This document shows, one piece after another, positions 62,690 to 64,000 of a stretch of DNA of 64,000 nucleotides. Source of the stretch: Isurus oxyrinchus (taxonomy: Eukaryota); the NCBI GenBank assembly GCA_026770705.1, contig JANJGN010000002.1, positions 210,800,001 to 210,864,000 of the forward strand, given 5' to 3'. Position 1 is the first letter of the stretch; each line of letters begins with the position of its first letter. A program made the position numbers and the translations under genes. The notes beneath the pieces were generated by a model, which ran no database searches, was not told the origin of the DNA, and saw only the letters and a program-made list of their open reading frames with translations.

Positions 62690-63350
62690 GAATAAAGTGT
62701 GGAATGTAATGCCCTTCCCCTTGATGAGTTGGGTGGTGAAGGGGTATGTAATCAGATGGCGGGTGGGGACCCTGCCACCTTCCTGCCTCCAACCTGATTA
62801 AGTCCGTGGCAGGAAGGTCTGTGGTATTAACCCAGTAGTGGGTGAGAGGGGGGTGTGCTCGCCAAGCAGGGTGCACAAAAGGAAACCTGTCCAGGGTTCC
62901 TTGTGGGCTCCAAGCAGTCTCTTGTTGTCAGGCACTCAGTGCTGGATAAAGGGACCTGGCATAAAGGGACTTGGCAGCAGGTAGAGGTGGCCTGCTGAAA
63001 GCCAATCCTCTGCCTTTGCTGCCAAACTCTGCTCCCACGACATCCATCCTGCCATCACTTAACTGTGGCCTGGGATCCAGCAATAATATTAGGCCCTGGG
63101 TGGGTTTCAAATTGGCAGCAGCCACCGCCTCACCAGTGGCAGTGTTGTTCAATAGAGCTTCCAGCCTCTGATTGGCCGGCAGCTCTCAGAAGGCGGGTTT
63201 TCAGCTCCTGGGGTTCTCAACCCCAGACCTGCCACTGCCCAGTTAGTTGCCTGATTGGCACTTAATACAGTGGGTTTTCCTTAAAAGAAGCGATATTGGC
63301 CTCTCAGCAGTTTTCCAGCCAGCAGATGGGAAGTCTATCACCTCCATTAA
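62690..63350. mobile_element. GC-rich MITE-like element
   Basis: ctctgattggccggcagctctcag and caggcactcagtgc blocks shared with the 38.4, 49.4 and 53.3 kb copies. Confidence 0.5.
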
Positions 63351-64000
63351 ATATCATTCAAAGGCTTTTGCAAGAAATGGATCCATACAGGAACTGGAAA
63401 GCAAGAATCTAAGAAAGGAACTTAGTTGTACCAACAAATCAGACCTTTGAATGAGGCAGGGTGCTGCCACACCAATCGCTGAAACAGTTGGTTGAGGAAC
63501 TGTTGATTACATGGATCTATTGCTCTTGTTCTGATATGAGATGATTGGAATGCAATCCCAATAAGCATGGAGTTGGAGAATTAAGAGTGGAGGTCAGGGC
63601 AGCTGATTCACAGTAATCCTAATTTTCTAATGCTCATCTTTAAATCAGAAGTTTGAAATATCAAACCGAGTTCAGGACATGAGCAAAGGGGGAACCATTT
63701 TCTGACTTTATGCTCGCAATGAGGAGCATATTTTTTTTTTGGATTCATTTACAGGATGTGGGCATTGCTGGCTAGGCCAGCACTTATCGCTCATCTTTGA
63801 TGACACAACTGTTGGTAAATGCTGAGCTGTTCAAATCCCAGCGGGAAACCTGAAACAACTGTCACAACTAATTTTCAATATGTATAAATTTCGAGATGTG
63901 TGCCTTGGGGGAGAATTTTCTCCCCGTCGGCGGGGGCAGAGCAGGAGTATGCCACCATTTTATGTGGTTGAGTCGATTAATGCCCACCTAGCGTGATGTG

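Overview
Eukaryotic, CpG-depleted, repeat-rich vertebrate DNA. The repeat repertoire (CR1 with esterase ORF1, Deu-domain SINE, Penelope-like elements, Harbinger-derived MITEs, Gypsy) points to a cartilaginous fish (shark/ray); this is an inference. The window lies inside a + strand host gene recognisable as SPHKAP: two short coding exons (8730-8844 and 27317-27427) match the N-terminus and exon phases I recall for vertebrate SPHKAP; exon 1 and exon 4 were not found. The rest is intronic and consists of layered, mostly decayed transposons: a near full-length CR1 (about 31.9-37.0 kb), two Gypsy LTR elements, solo LTRs, an RTE LINE, L2/CR1-like LINEs with partner SINEs, Harbinger/Myb-SANT elements and MITEs. 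The most notable signal is a family of Penelope-like terminal repeats carrying minimal hammerhead-ribozyme motifs. It includes two fold-back (palindromic) ~240-bp insertions with 14-bp target duplications, and a ribozyme-derived fragment lying upstream of an intact but orphan histone H2B ORF. Several short locally templated insertions are also visible. Boundaries of old repeats are approximate; no database search was possible.
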